NCBI GenBank assembly: GCA_963842125.1
Contig: CAWJFE010000005.1
Span: 1,665,356-1,729,355 of the forward strand
Reading direction: 5' to 3'
Length of the DNA: 64,000 nucleotides
Origin: an uncultured Alphaproteobacteria bacterium
GTDB taxonomy: Bacteria; Pseudomonadota; Alphaproteobacteria; Rhizobiales; CAWCWK01
Part shown: positions 1 to 10,900 of the stretch, piece after piece
Layout of the letters: every line of letters starts with the position of its first letter
How positions within the stretch are numbered: the first letter of the stretch is position 1
Translations under genes and position numbers: made by a program
Notes under the pieces: generated by a model
Told to the model about the DNA's origin: nothing
The model's database searches: none
Seen by the model: only the letters and a program-made list of their open reading frames with translations

Positions 1-147
1 TCGTGCGGTCGCGGCAAGAAGCGGAATGCCGCCAAACGCCGCGTGGAGCTTCGGTCCGGCGTCGAAGCGGCGCGAAAGACCTGCGGCGAGGAGTAGGATG
101 GCCACGTCGTCTTCGCCGCTCGCGGTGTCGCTCGCCATGTCCGTCAT
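1..147 (-). CDS. nucleotidyltransferase family protein (MobA-like NTP-transferase domain); N-terminal ~49 codons only, the rest lies outside the window
   Basis: Not in the ORF track because it runs off the window edge. My minus-strand translation from ATG 147 (alternative ATG 138) is MTDMASDTASGEDDVAILLLAAGLSRRFDAGPKLHAAFGGIPLLAATAR. This shows the hhLAAGxSxRF...K...G.PLL pattern of MobA/MocA-type NTP transferases. A GGAAGGG run lies just upstream. Confidence 0.45.
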   Translation of the reverse strand, partial: MTDMASDTASGEDDVAILLLAAGLSRRFDAGPKLHAAFGGIPLLAATAR

Positions 148-430
148 CCCTTCCGTGCTTCGCCTGAAGCGATGTCGATCGCCGTCAGAGCCCATAGGGG
201 AACTCTGCGGCGGAGGGTTGGCGAGGCGGTTCGGCCGATCCGCGAGGCGCCAAACGCAGCCGATGCCGGCAGCATCGGCGAGGATTGGCAACGACGCGGG
301 CGGTCGAACCGACCGTCAAACCAACCGACGGAGTTTTGGTGCGGGCACTCAGCGGCTGTCGATCCCAACATCCATCTAGTCCTCGGCGTCTCTGCGTCCT
401 ACGCTCGCACGAAACGGAGGATTCGCGTCC

Positions 431-1423
431 ATGCATGTCTTGATCATCGGAGCTGCCGGAATGATCGGCGCCAAGCTCGCTCGCCGGTTGGCCGACGAGG
501 CCACCGTCGCCGGCAAGGCGATCGAGCGTATGACGCTCGTCGACGTCGTCGCCCCCACGACCCCGACGCCGGGTGCGATCGATATCCGAGCGGACGCTGT
601 CGATCTGACCGACGAGGGCGCGGCCGAGAAGCTGATTGCCGATCGGCCCGACGTCATCTTCCACCTCGCCGCCATCGTATCCGGCGAAGCCGAAGCCGAT
701 TTCGACAAGGGCTACCGTATCAACCTCGACGGCACGCGCGACCTCTTCGACGCCATCCGGATGGCGCATGACGCTGACGGCTACTGCCCGCGCGTCGTCT
801 TCGCCTCATCGATCGCCGTATTCGGCGCGCCCTTCCCCGACACGATCCCCGACGCCTTCAACCTGACACCGCTCACCTCCTACGGGACCCAAAAGGCCAT
901 ATCGGAACTGCTGCTGGCCGACTACACGCGGCGCGGGTTCATGGATGGCATCGGCATCCGTCTCCCCACCATCACCATCCGCCCCGGCAAGCCGAACCTC
1001 GCCGCGTCGAGCTTCTTCTCCAACATCCTGCGCGAGCCGATCAACGGGCAGGAGGCGGTGCTGCCGGTTCCGGAGAGCGTTCGCCACTGGTTCGCCAGCC
1101 CGCGCAGCGCCGTCGCGTTCTTCGTACACGCCGCAGGGCTCGATGGGGAGGCCGTCGGCCCGCATCGCAATCTCGACATGCCCGGCCTTTCGGCGACGGT
1201 GGGCGAGGAGATAGCAGCGCTGGAGCGTGTCATCGGACCCGAAGCCACGGCGCTCATCCGGCGCGAGCCGAACGAGACGATCATGAACATCGTGAAGAAC
1301 TGGGCGCCCGGCTTCGTTGCGACCCGAGCACGCGAACTCGGTTTCACCGCAGAGACCACGTTCGACGAGATCATCCGCGTCTATCTCGAAGACGAGATGG
1401 GCGACACGGCGGGGTCGGCCTGA
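431..1423 (+). CDS. denD: NAD-dependent epimerase/dehydratase family protein, D-erythronate dehydrogenase-like
   Basis: 330 aa with Rossmann motif VLIIGAAGMIGAKL and GGAGG about 10 nt upstream of the ATG. The stop overlaps the start of the DUF1537 kinase gene (TGATG), as in described erythronate/threonate catabolic clusters. Confidence 0.7.
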   Translation: MHVLIIGAAGMIGAKLARRLADEATVAGKAIERMTLVDVVAPTTPTPGAIDIRADAVDLTDEGAAEKLIADRPDVIFHLAAIVSGEAEADFDKGYRINLDGTRDLFDAIRMAHDADGYCPRVVFASSIAVFGAPFPDTIPDAFNLTPLTSYGTQKAISELLLADYTRRGFMDGIGIRLPTITIRPGKPNLAASSFFSNILREPINGQEAVLPVPESVRHWFASPRSAVAFFVHAAGLDGEAVGPHRNLDMPGLSATVGEEIAALERVIGPEATALIRREPNETIMNIVKNWAPGFVATRARELGFTAETTFDEIIRVYLEDEMGDTAGSA

Positions 1424-2682
1424 TGCGGCTTGGTTGTATCGGAGACGACTTCACGGGTTCGTCCGACCTCGCCAACACGCTGGCCAACCGGGCCGAGCGC
1501 GGCCTACGGACGGTCCAGTATTCCGGCGTCCCGTCCGAGCCTGCCGCGCCCGATGTAGAGGCCGGTATCGTCGCGCTGAAGTCGCGTACCATTCCAGTCG
1601 CCGACGCCGTCTCGCAGTCGCTCGCCGCCCTCGAATGGTTGCGGGCGCAGGGCTGCCAACAGATCTTCTTCAAGTACTGCTCGACATTCGACTCGACACC
1701 AGAGGGCAATATCGGTCCCGTCATCGATGCGCTGATGGAGGTGCTGGCCACCGATCGGACGATCGTCTGCCCGGCCTTTCCGGCGACGGGGCGAAGCCTC
1801 TATCAGGGCCATCTCTTCGTGGGCGACCGGCTGCTCAGCGAAAGCGGCATGGAGAACCACCCGCTGACCCCGATGACCGATCCCGACATCCGTCGCTGGC
1901 TTGCACCGCAGACGAAGTCGAAGGTCGGACATGTGCCGGCACAGACCGTCGTCGCGGGGGCGGAAGCGCTTCGGGCCGGTATCGGGGGCGAAGTGGCGGC
2001 GGGTCGGCCCATCATCGTCGTCGATGCGATCAGGGACGAGGATCTCCTCATTATCGGCGAGGCGGTGCGCGGCATGCCGCTCATCACCGGCGGCTCCGGC
2101 ATCGCGCTCGGACTGCCGGCCAACTTTCGCGATGCGTCCGACGATGCGGCCGCGTCTGACGACTGGACAGGCGATGACGGCCCGGCCGTCCTCCTCTCCG
2201 GCTCCTGCTCGAACATGACGCGGGCGCAGGTCGCCGCCCATAAGGCCTCGGGCGCTGCACGGGAGATCGATCCCGATGCGATCATGGCGGGCACGCTCGA
2301 TGTCGATGCGCTTGCCGGCTGGGCGTTGGCACAGTCCGGTCCCGCGCTTCTCTATTCCTCCGCAGAGCCCGATGTCGTTCGCGTGGCGCAGGCGAAGCAC
2401 GGCAGCGCGCTTGCGGGTGCGATCGAGGAGACGTTCGCCGCGCTCGCCAGATCACTCGTCGCCAACGGCGTGCGACGCCTCGTGGTGGCGGGCGGCGAGA
2501 CGTCCGGTGCCGTGGTCGAAGGCCTGTCGCTGACGACGCTCGAGATCGGCCCCGAGATCGCGGCCGGCGTGCCGGCGCTGAAGGCGACCGGTCAACCGCT
2601 CTGGCTTACCTTGAAGTCCGGTAATTTCGGCGCAGAGACCTTCTTCGCCGACGCGATCCGCGTGCTCGGCGGCGAGGCGTGA
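1423..2682 (+). CDS. otnK: DUF1537 four-carbon acid-sugar kinase (3-oxo-tetronate kinase-like)
   Basis: 419 aa with N-terminal IGDDFTGSSD motif typical of the DUF1537 kinase family. Translationally coupled to both neighbours. Confidence 0.8.
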   Translation: MRLGCIGDDFTGSSDLANTLANRAERGLRTVQYSGVPSEPAAPDVEAGIVALKSRTIPVADAVSQSLAALEWLRAQGCQQIFFKYCSTFDSTPEGNIGPVIDALMEVLATDRTIVCPAFPATGRSLYQGHLFVGDRLLSESGMENHPLTPMTDPDIRRWLAPQTKSKVGHVPAQTVVAGAEALRAGIGGEVAAGRPIIVVDAIRDEDLLIIGEAVRGMPLITGGSGIALGLPANFRDASDDAAASDDWTGDDGPAVLLSGSCSNMTRAQVAAHKASGAAREIDPDAIMAGTLDVDALAGWALAQSGPALLYSSAEPDVVRVAQAKHGSALAGAIEETFAALARSLVANGVRRLVVAGGETSGAVVEGLSLTTLEIGPEIAAGVPALKATGQPLWLTLKSGNFGAETFFADAIRVLGGEA

Positions 2683-3326
2683 GCGCCGAGGTCCGGCTGC
2701 GCGACGAAATGTGCGAGCTCTCGCGCTCCCTCTTCGAGCGCGGCCTCACCCACGGCGCGACCGGCAACGTCTCGGCCCGCACCGACGATGGCGGTCTGCT
2801 TGTCTCCCCGACAGGCGCCTCGTTCGGGCGGCTGGACCCGGCACGGCTCAGCCGGTTCGACGCGCAGGGACAACTCATCGGGGGCGACAAGCCGACCAAG
2901 GAGATGCCGCTTCATCAGGCCTTCTACGAAACACGCCGGGCGGCCGGAGCCGTCGTGCACCTCCACTCGACGCATTCGGTCGCCTGGTCGACGCTGCCCG
3001 ATGTCGATCCCGACGACCTCCTGCCCCCGTTGACGGCCTACGCCGTCATGCGGCTCGGCAAGGTGATGCTGCTGCCGTTCTTCGTACCGGGGGACGCCGC
3101 CATGGGCGATGCGATCCGGGGGCTGGCCGGCCGTCGTAGCGCCGTTGTGCTGGCCCATCACGGCCCCGTCGTTGCGGGACGGGACATCGAGGCGACGGTC
3201 GCGGCTATCGAAGAATTGGAGGAGACGTCGAAGCTCGCCCTGCTCACCCGCGGCCTCTCGCCCCGCGTTCTCTCTCCCGATCAGATTCAGCGGGTCGTCA
3301 CCACGTTCGATGTGGATTGGGATTAG
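2679..3326 (+). CDS. otnC: class II aldolase/adducin-domain protein (3-oxo-tetronate 4-phosphate decarboxylase-like)
   Basis: 215 aa with a GTGA start/stop overlap with otnK. Class II aldolase-like sequence (GATGNVSAR, HLHS). Standard partner of DUF1537 kinases. Confidence 0.75.
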   Translation: MSAEVRLRDEMCELSRSLFERGLTHGATGNVSARTDDGGLLVSPTGASFGRLDPARLSRFDAQGQLIGGDKPTKEMPLHQAFYETRRAAGAVVHLHSTHSVAWSTLPDVDPDDLLPPLTAYAVMRLGKVMLLPFFVPGDAAMGDAIRGLAGRRSAVVLAHHGPVVAGRDIEATVAAIEELEETSKLALLTRGLSPRVLSPDQIQRVVTTFDVDWD

Positions 3327-4516
3327 CCGCGCTCGCCGATGGCCTGCCCCGCGGCATATCCGCTCGCCCAGGCCCACTGGAAATTGTAGCCGCCTAGCCA
3401 ACCCGTAACGTCGACCGCTTCGCCGATGGCGTAGAGCCCGGGAACGCGGGCGGCCTCCATCGTTCGCGAAGAGAGCTCGGCCGTCGAGATGCCGCCGACC
3501 GTCACCTCCGCCTTCGCGAATCCTTCGGTCCCGTTCGGGTGAAAGGTCCAGTCGTGCAACGCGGTTTCGCTCGCGCGCAAGGCCGCATCCTTGATGCCGC
3601 CCAGCGGACCGGCGTAGCCAAGCCGTTGGACGAGCGCATCGGCGAGCCGTGCCGGCAGGTGCGCGCTGAGGGCCTGCGTCATCGTCGTGTTCGGCCGTTC
3701 GGCCTTGGCATCCAGAAGATGGTTGGCCGGCAGGTCGGGCAGAAAGTCGACGCCGATCGCTTCGCCATGTCGCCAATAGCTCGACGCTTGGAGGATGGCC
3801 GGACCGGACAGCCCCTTGTGCGTAAGCAGCATCGCCTCGCGAAACGCGGTCCGACCGACCCGCACGACAGCCTCCGCCGCCACACCCGAAAGTTCGCGGA
3901 AGAGCGCCTCCGTGCCCGGCAGCGTGAAGGGCACGAGCGCGGGGCGAGGTTCCACGATCTTGCAGCCGAACTGGCGCGCGAGTTCGTAAGCCAAACCCGT
4001 TGCGCCCATCTTCGGGATCGACGGCCCACCCGTCGCGATCACGAGGGCCGGGGCGCGATACGTCTTCCCGCCTGCCTGGACGGTGAACGTCGCGTCGGCG
4101 TGATCGACGGCATCGATAGCGGACTGAAGCTTTACCTCCACGCCGCCGGCTTCGCACTCGTCGAGCAGCATCTTCACGATCGCCTTGGCCGACCCGTCGC
4201 AAAAGAGCTGGCCGAGCGTCTTGTGGTGCCAGGCGATGCCGTGGCGCTCGACGAGATCGACGAAGTCCTGCGCCGTGTAGCGCTTGAGGGCGGATTTCGC
4301 GAAATGGGGGTTTCGGCTGAGGAAGCGGGAGGCGTCGGCGCCGGTATTGGTGAAATTGCACCGCCCGCCCCCGGAGATGAGGATCTTCTTGCCCGGTCGA
4401 TCCGCATGGTCGAGGACGACCACCCGGCGGCCCATCTGACCGGCGGTGAAGGCGCAGAAGAGCCCCGCTCCGCCAGCACCGAGGACGATGGCGTCGAACT
4501 CAGACGGCCGCGTCAC
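3323..4516 (-). CDS. NAD(P)/FAD-dependent oxidoreductase, HI0933/YhiN (BaiN-like) family
   Basis: 397 aa with DAIVLGAGGAGLFCA dinucleotide-binding motif and the GGGRCNFTN motif. The start overlaps the stop of the upstream MFS gene by 17 nt. Confidence 0.85.
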   Translation of the reverse strand: MTRPSEFDAIVLGAGGAGLFCAFTAGQMGRRVVVLDHADRPGKKILISGGGRCNFTNTGADASRFLSRNPHFAKSALKRYTAQDFVDLVERHGIAWHHKTLGQLFCDGSAKAIVKMLLDECEAGGVEVKLQSAIDAVDHADATFTVQAGGKTYRAPALVIATGGPSIPKMGATGLAYELARQFGCKIVEPRPALVPFTLPGTEALFRELSGVAAEAVVRVGRTAFREAMLLTHKGLSGPAILQASSYWRHGEAIGVDFLPDLPANHLLDAKAERPNTTMTQALSAHLPARLADALVQRLGYAGPLGGIKDAALRASETALHDWTFHPNGTEGFAKAEVTVGGISTAELSSRTMEAARVPGLYAIGEAVDVTGWLGGYNFQWAWASGYAAGQAIGERG

Positions 4517-5750
4517 GCGGCGCTCCTTCGAGGCGCCAGGGCGGCGCGCGTTCGGTGACGAGCATCGCGACGAGGCTGGCTAGACCGAACAGTGCGAAAC
4601 CCCCGACCAGCGGCGTGATTCCCCCCGAATAGAGACGCCCCACCAGCGTCCCCAGTGGAAGCGACATCAGCGTCGTGACGGCCCCGGTGATCGCGGCGCC
4701 AAGGCCGGCGATCGGCCCTAGTGGCCCCATCGCCAACGCGTTGAGATTGCCGAAGAGGAGACCGATGCATCCGAACGCCAAGAGTTGCCAAGCGACGAAG
4801 AGCGCGAAGCTCGGCACGCCGTCCGTCGCCAGCACGACGGCCAGGAAGGCGAGCGATGCGCCAGTCAGGACCATCAGGGCATAACCCGTCAGCACCCGCA
4901 TGCCGAGTCGCATGACGAGCCGCGCGTTCACGATCGACGCCGCGCCGATCGCCAGCGCGACGATGCCGAAGTAGAGCGGGAAGAGCGTACCGACCTCATA
5001 GGTGGTCTGGTAGATCTGCTGCACCGAGCTGAGATAGCCGAGGAAGCCTCCAAATATGAAACCGGCGGCAATCGTGTAACCCACCGTGACGCGTTCGCCG
5101 ATGACATGGCGGAAACCGTCCGCCAGCGTCCGAACGGTTACGGGTTTGCGTGCCCCGGGCGGTAGCGTTTCCGGTTGACGCAGCGCGAACCAGACCGATC
5201 CCGTCGCCGCCAGCATCAGCAGGACGCCGAACGTCGCCCGCCAGCCCGAGAGCGCGACCACCCCCTGCCCGATGGCCGGAGCGATGGCCGGCACGAGAAT
5301 GAAGACGGCCATCACGATGGACATGATCCGTGCCATCGCGCGTCCCTCATAGCCATCGCGCACGATCGCGACGGTGACGATGCGCGGCGCGGCGGCCCCG
5401 AGCCCCTGCAGCACCCGGCCCACCAGCATCACCCAGAACTCCTCGGCGAACATCGAGAACAGGCATCCGACGATGAAGACGACATAGCCGACATAGATGA
5501 CCGGCTTACGCCCGAACCTGTCCGATAGCGGCCCGGCGATGAGTTGCCCGGCCCCGAAGCCGATGAAGAGCGATGTGACGATGAACTGCGCGTCGTTCGC
5601 ATCCGCCAGGCCGAGATCGCGGCCGATCTCGTCGAGCGCCGGCAGCATGATATCTGTCGAGAGCGCTACGATCGAAACCATAGACGCCATCAAGCCGACG
5701 AACTCGGGTACGCCGAGCGGCTTGGCTGGCGGGCGTTGGGGAGAGGACAT
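4500..5750 (-). CDS. MFS transporter, Bcr/CflA drug-resistance subfamily
   Basis: 416 aa, polytopic and hydrophobic throughout, with MFS motif-A-like GPLSDRFGRKPV. Confidence 0.85.
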   Translation of the reverse strand: MSSPQRPPAKPLGVPEFVGLMASMVSIVALSTDIMLPALDEIGRDLGLADANDAQFIVTSLFIGFGAGQLIAGPLSDRFGRKPVIYVGYVVFIVGCLFSMFAEEFWVMLVGRVLQGLGAAAPRIVTVAIVRDGYEGRAMARIMSIVMAVFILVPAIAPAIGQGVVALSGWRATFGVLLMLAATGSVWFALRQPETLPPGARKPVTVRTLADGFRHVIGERVTVGYTIAAGFIFGGFLGYLSSVQQIYQTTYEVGTLFPLYFGIVALAIGAASIVNARLVMRLGMRVLTGYALMVLTGASLAFLAVVLATDGVPSFALFVAWQLLAFGCIGLLFGNLNALAMGPLGPIAGLGAAITGAVTTLMSLPLGTLVGRLYSGGITPLVGGFALFGLASLVAMLVTERAPPWRLEGAPRDAAV

Positions 5751-6129
5751 TCTCTCCGGTAGGGGTAAATGCGGGGTCGGCGCAAGAGGCCGACAAGGTC
5801 GCGGACAGCAGAGGACCCGGGCGACTTCCTATCGAACCTGTGGAGACTTTCGTCTAAAGGCCATCGCGTCCTTCGCGATCTCCGTCCCGCAACGCTCGGG
5901 CACCGATCCGGGGATCCCACCTGACGAACGCTGCTCTTCGAGATCCGATGAACCTCTACAGGGCATGCCGTTCCGCAAAAAAGGCGGTTCAAGGTGCTGC
6001 CCGTTCGCCCCGGATGACATCTGCGTGTGAAGCCGCAAACCAGCCCGTACTCTTCTCGATCGACTTCGGTGGCACTTGGCGCGCGAATGCCTATCTGACA
6101 GCGAGTGAATCCAACGACAGGTCTTTTCG

Positions 6130-6942
6130 ATGCTCGATACCAAGCGCCTTCTCGATCAGTTCCTCGGCACCGGCAGCAGTGGCGGCGGGCTCGCTCCTCG
6201 TAGCGGGCGCGAGAATGATTTGGCCGGGCTCCTGCAAGGCGCGCTCGGTGGGCGCGGGCTGGAGGGCATGATGCGCGGCGGGCTTGGCGGTGCACTAGGT
6301 GGCGCCGGCGGAGGCGGTCTCGGTGGTGCGCTGGGCGGTGGGCTCGGCAAAGGCGCCATCGCGGCTGGGCTTGCCGGTCTCCTCCTGAAGGGCGGGCGCA
6401 AACCGAAGAAGATGGTCGGATCGGCCGTCAAGATGGGCGGTCTGGCACTCGTGGCCGGCCTCGCCTACCGCGCCTATCAGGACTACCAGCAGTCGCAGGC
6501 CGGTGCGCCGAGGGCGGCCGCCCCAGCGTCGGCGGCGATCGCGCCGCCCTCCGACCCCGCCTTCCTGCCGCAGACCGCGCCGGCCGAGCAGGACCGCGCC
6601 CGCGTCATCCTGCGCGCCATGATCGCAGCGGCCAAGGCCGACGGCCATGTCGATGCCGAAGAGCAGACCAAACTCTTCGACGCGGTCGACATGCTCGATC
6701 TCGATAGCGACGACAAGGCATTCATGATGGACGAGCTGCGCGCGCCACTGGATGTCGCGGCGGTCGTGCGCGATGTGGAGGGCGTCGAGGCGGCGTCGGA
6801 AGTCTACCTCGCCTCGCGCATCGTCATCGCCGAGCCGGATGCCGCTGAGGTGGCCTATCTGCGCGATCTCGCCGGTCGCCTTGCTCTGCCGCAGGCTCTG
6901 GTCGCGCAGCTCGATGCACAGGTGGATGCGATGGAAGCCTAG
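6130..6942 (+). CDS. TerB-family / DUF533 (YebE-like) protein
   Basis: 270 aa. Gly-rich N-terminal half; C-terminal region (MIAAAKADGHVDAEE...) resembles DUF533/TerB-like proteins. Confidence 0.7.
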   Translation: MLDTKRLLDQFLGTGSSGGGLAPRSGRENDLAGLLQGALGGRGLEGMMRGGLGGALGGAGGGGLGGALGGGLGKGAIAAGLAGLLLKGGRKPKKMVGSAVKMGGLALVAGLAYRAYQDYQQSQAGAPRAAAPASAAIAPPSDPAFLPQTAPAEQDRARVILRAMIAAAKADGHVDAEEQTKLFDAVDMLDLDSDDKAFMMDELRAPLDVAAVVRDVEGVEAASEVYLASRIVIAEPDAAEVAYLRDLAGRLALPQALVAQLDAQVDAMEA

Positions 6943-7907
6943 CCCAGCCGGCCGAGAAGCCCATCTCGGACCCCACGGGCGATGTGGCGCGTTCGTACCC
7001 ATCGCCGGTCGCCGAAGAGCGGGTAGAAGGCCGTATAGGCGAGGCTGCGGGTCAGGAAATAAAGCCGCCAGGCCTTCGGTAGCGAGGATCGCCGCGCAAG
7101 TACCAACGCATTGCGCACCCAGTAGTAGTTCCGCACCGGTCCGTGCTTCGGTGCGGTGATCGGGCCGATCCGAACCCGTCCCTCCCCGATCCTATGATCG
7201 ATTACGACGTCGGCGACTTGGTAGCTTACATATCCAAGAGCCTGCGCGCGAAGGCCCCATTCGACGTCGACGAGGTCGATGAAGAGCGGCGCCTCCATTC
7301 CGCCGACGGCGTCCCACGCGTTCAATGCGATAAGCGCGCCGGACGCGATGACGAAGTCGGCTGGAGCGACTTCGAACTCGGCGAGGGGCGTGAATGCGCC
7401 CCTACCGATCCGCCAGCCGCGCGCCTGCCACGCGCCCGAATAGCGCTCGCTCGTCGCGTCGAAGTACACGGGTCCGACGGCACCGACTTTCGCGCCACTG
7501 GCTTCGACGGCATTTCTCGCCCGGCAGAGCGCGGTGACCGCGCCCGGCGGCAGGACCGTATCTTGATCGAGGAGCAGGACGGCCGTCGCACGCTGCCCGC
7601 GCGCGGCACCGACCCCGATATTCTGGGCGGCGGCCAAACCGACATTGTCCGCCAACGGCACGATGTCGAGGGCGGCATCGCGTCCGCCGAAGGTGCGCGA
7701 GGCCAGAGCCGTGACCGCCGCGGCTTCCATCGATCCGTTCTCGACGAGAACGAGACCGATCTGCTGAGTGGAGAGTGCGACGAACACCGCCTCGAGCCGG
7801 GCGATGTCCGGCTCGAAGGTTACGAGAACGGCGACGGTCGTCGCTGGATCGAATAGCGACGCAGGGCCAGCGTCCCGACCGTCGGGCTCGGCGTCTGTCG
7901 ACCTCAC
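6939..7907 (-). CDS. family 2 glycosyltransferase (rhamnosyltransferase-like)
   Basis: 322 aa with GT-A features (VAVLVTFEP, LLLDQD DxD-like motif). Convergent 4-nt overlap with the TerB-like gene. Confidence 0.7.
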   Translation of the reverse strand: MRSTDAEPDGRDAGPASLFDPATTVAVLVTFEPDIARLEAVFVALSTQQIGLVLVENGSMEAAAVTALASRTFGGRDAALDIVPLADNVGLAAAQNIGVGAARGQRATAVLLLDQDTVLPPGAVTALCRARNAVEASGAKVGAVGPVYFDATSERYSGAWQARGWRIGRGAFTPLAEFEVAPADFVIASGALIALNAWDAVGGMEAPLFIDLVDVEWGLRAQALGYVSYQVADVVIDHRIGEGRVRIGPITAPKHGPVRNYYWVRNALVLARRSSLPKAWRLYFLTRSLAYTAFYPLFGDRRWVRTRHIARGVRDGLLGRLG

Positions 7908-7997
7908 GGGCGGGCTTCCTTGTACAAACCTGGCGAAGGCGATCTGTCTAGTCGGACATACCCGTCAGCACAAAGACTTCGCCAGTCGTCAGCTGCC

Positions 7998-10900
7998 TCA
8001 TGAGGCGGAGGCGATCAGCGAGGCATTGCCACCGGCCGCCGTCGTATCCGTGCAGACATGGCGCTCGAGGATGCAAAACGAAGCGATATCCCGGCCCGTG
8101 AGGAGGGGAATGAGAGGCCCCGCGCGCGCTGCCAGCGCCATGCGATAGGCACCGCTGGTTTCCCTATCGCCCCAGAAGGCGATGGCTGCGACGCCCGACA
8201 TGGCCGTCAACGTCTCAGGCGCGACGATGCCGACCAGCGCGCTCGCGGTAGCTGCCTCGTCGCTGACGAGAACGGCCGGACAGCCCGCCGCCATCGCGCC
8301 ATGCGCCTGCGCCTTCGCATCCGCTTGCGATGGTCCAAGACACAGGACGACGCCTCTGGGGTGGGTCGACAGCACGTTCAGCTCCCCTGTCGGCCCGGGA
8401 AGGATGGTAGTGTCGAGGATCGTGTCACGCGCCTCCGGCAGCCCGTCGATCTTGGCCTGCAGGTCCTCAAGCGTGATAGGACGACCTGTAGGGCGGTGTC
8501 CGGGTTCGTAGTCCTGCCTGGCAAACCGCGCCACATAGTGCGGACCGCCAGCCTTCGGCCCGGTGCCCGACAGACCCTCACCGCCGAACGGCTGGCTCCC
8601 GACGATCGCGCCGATCTGGTTGCGGTTCACGTATGCGTTTCCGACCCGAATGCGCCGCGCGATCCGCTCGGCGCGGGCTGTGATCCGGGTGTGAAGCCCG
8701 AAAGTCAGGCCGTAGCCGCGAGCGTTGATGGCATCCACCACTCGGTCTATTCCGTCGGCCGGGAAGGTCGCGATGTGAAGAATCGGACCGAAGACCTCCT
8801 CGGCCATGTCTTCGATGCCCTGGACGCGCACGACCGAAGGACCGAAGCCGTAGCCCGGCCCGATGTCGGAGAGCCGCTTCAGCAACCGCCCCTGCGCGGC
8901 GGAGGCATCGACATAGGCTCGGAAAGCCTCGTGCGCACCCGCATCGATGACCGGCCCGACATCCGTCGACAGCATCCAGGGATCGCCTAGCCGCAGCGCA
9001 TCCATCGCGCCGTAGAGCATTGTCGTCAGAGGCTCAAACACGTCCTCTTGAATGTAGAGGATCCGAAGGGCCGAGCAGCGTTGCCCGGCGGACTGAAAGG
9101 CCGAGGCGACGATGTCGCGAACGGCTTGCTCGGGCAACGCCGTCGAATCGACGATCATCGCGTTGAGCCCACCCGTCTCGGCGATGAGTGGCGCTGCGGG
9201 CGACGCGGAGGCCGCCATTGTGCGGTTGATAGCTTGCGCGGTCTGGGTGGAGCCCGTGAAGCAGACTCCGTCCAACCGGGCATCGCTCGTCAGCGCCGCG
9301 CCCACGACTTCGCCGGCGCCGGGCAGAAGCTGCAACGCGGAGCGCGGTACGCCCGCTTCGTGCAGCAGGCCTACTGCGAGAGCGGCGATGAGCGGCGTCT
9401 CCTCGGCCGGCTTCGCCAACACGGCATTGCCCGCGGCGAGCCCGGCGGCGACCTGTCCGGTGAAGATCGCGAGAGGAAAGTTCCACGGGCTGATCGAGAC
9501 GAACCGACCGCATGGCGTCATGGGCCTCAGCCGTTCCGCCTCATCGGCATAGAAGCGCAGGAAGTCGACGGCTTCGCGCAGTTCGGCAATGGCATCCGCG
9601 ACCGTCTTCCCGGCTTCCCGGGTCAGAAGGGCGAAAATCTCGCCGAACTCGACTTCGTAAAGGTCGGCGGCGGCCCGAAGGATGCCGGCGCGCTCGCTCT
9701 CCGATACATCCCACACGGCTGCAGCATCGTAGGCGAGATCGACGTGCTCGACGGTGGCGTTCTGCACCTCGCCTACGATGTCGGACGGGTCCGCCGGATT
9801 TGTCGCCGTGAGGGTTTCGCCGCCGATGCGATCAATGGCGAGAATTGGACCCGCCTTCCAACGCGTCGCTCGATAGGGCGTCCTAGCGGCATCGATAATG
9901 GCGAGATCGTTCGGGTCACTGAGATCGAAGCCGCGCGAGTTCCGGCGCGGCTCGAAGAGGTCGGCCGGGGCTGCGATGGCCCGTGCGGGCTCCAACGCGC
10001 TCTCGAACGGGTCGGCGACCACCGCTTCGGCCGGGACCGATTCGTCGACGACCTGATTGACGAAGGACGAGTTCGCGCCGTTCTCCAGCAGTCGCCGGAC
10101 CAGATAGGCCAGAAGCTCGCGGTGCCGGCCGACGGGTGCGTAGATGCGGCAGCGGGTGCCGTATTTCTTCGCGACGTTGGCGTGCAGCGCTTCGCCCATT
10201 CCGTGCAGACGCTGGAACTCGAACGCGGCGGCCCGCCCGTCCGCGATGTCGAGGATCGCGGCGACGGTGTGGGCATTGTGGGTCGCGAATTGGGGGTAGA
10301 TGCGATCCGTCTTGGCGAGCAGTTGTGCGGCGCACGCGATATAGGAGACGTCCGTCGCCGCCTTGCGGGTGAACACGGGGAAGCCCGGCAGGCCCTCCAC
10401 TTGCGCGCGTTTGATCTCCGCATCCCAATAGGCGCCCTTCACCAGCCGCACCATGATGCGCCGATCGAGGTCCTCGGCAAGGGCATGCAGCCAATCGATG
10501 ACGAAGGCGGCGCGCTTGCCGTAGCCCTGGACGACGACGCCGAATCCGTCCCAGCCTGCGAGGTCCGGCTCCGCGAGGACGGCGGCGATCACGTCGAGTG
10601 AGAGTTCGAGACGGTCGGCCTCTTCCGCGTCCACATTAAGCCCGATGCCGGCCGACTTAGCAGCTTCGGCGAGGCCGAGGACGCGCGGGACGAGTTCGGC
10701 CATCACCCTATCGCGCTGGCTCTCTTCATAGCGCGGGTGCAGCGCCGACAGCTTGATCGAGATGCCCGGGTTGTCGCGAATGTCGTCGGATGTCGCACGC
10801 ACGGCGAGGGTGGCGATCGCATGTCGGTAGGAGGCGAGAAAGGCGTCGGCATCGGCCGCCGTCATCGCGGCTTCGCCCAACATATCGTAGGAATGGGTAA

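Noticed and set aside
2592-4361. 589-aa minus-strand ORF spanning otnC and the YhiN-like gene
   Set aside because: Its composition is Arg/Pro-rich nonsense. It overlaps two well-supported genes in other frames, so it is a GC artefact.
6180-6400. Apparent repetitive DNA in the 5' half of the TerB-like gene
   Set aside because: It encodes a Gly/Leu/Ala low-complexity linker (GGLGGALGGAGGGGLGGALGGG) inside a good ORF. It is not a tandem-repeat element.
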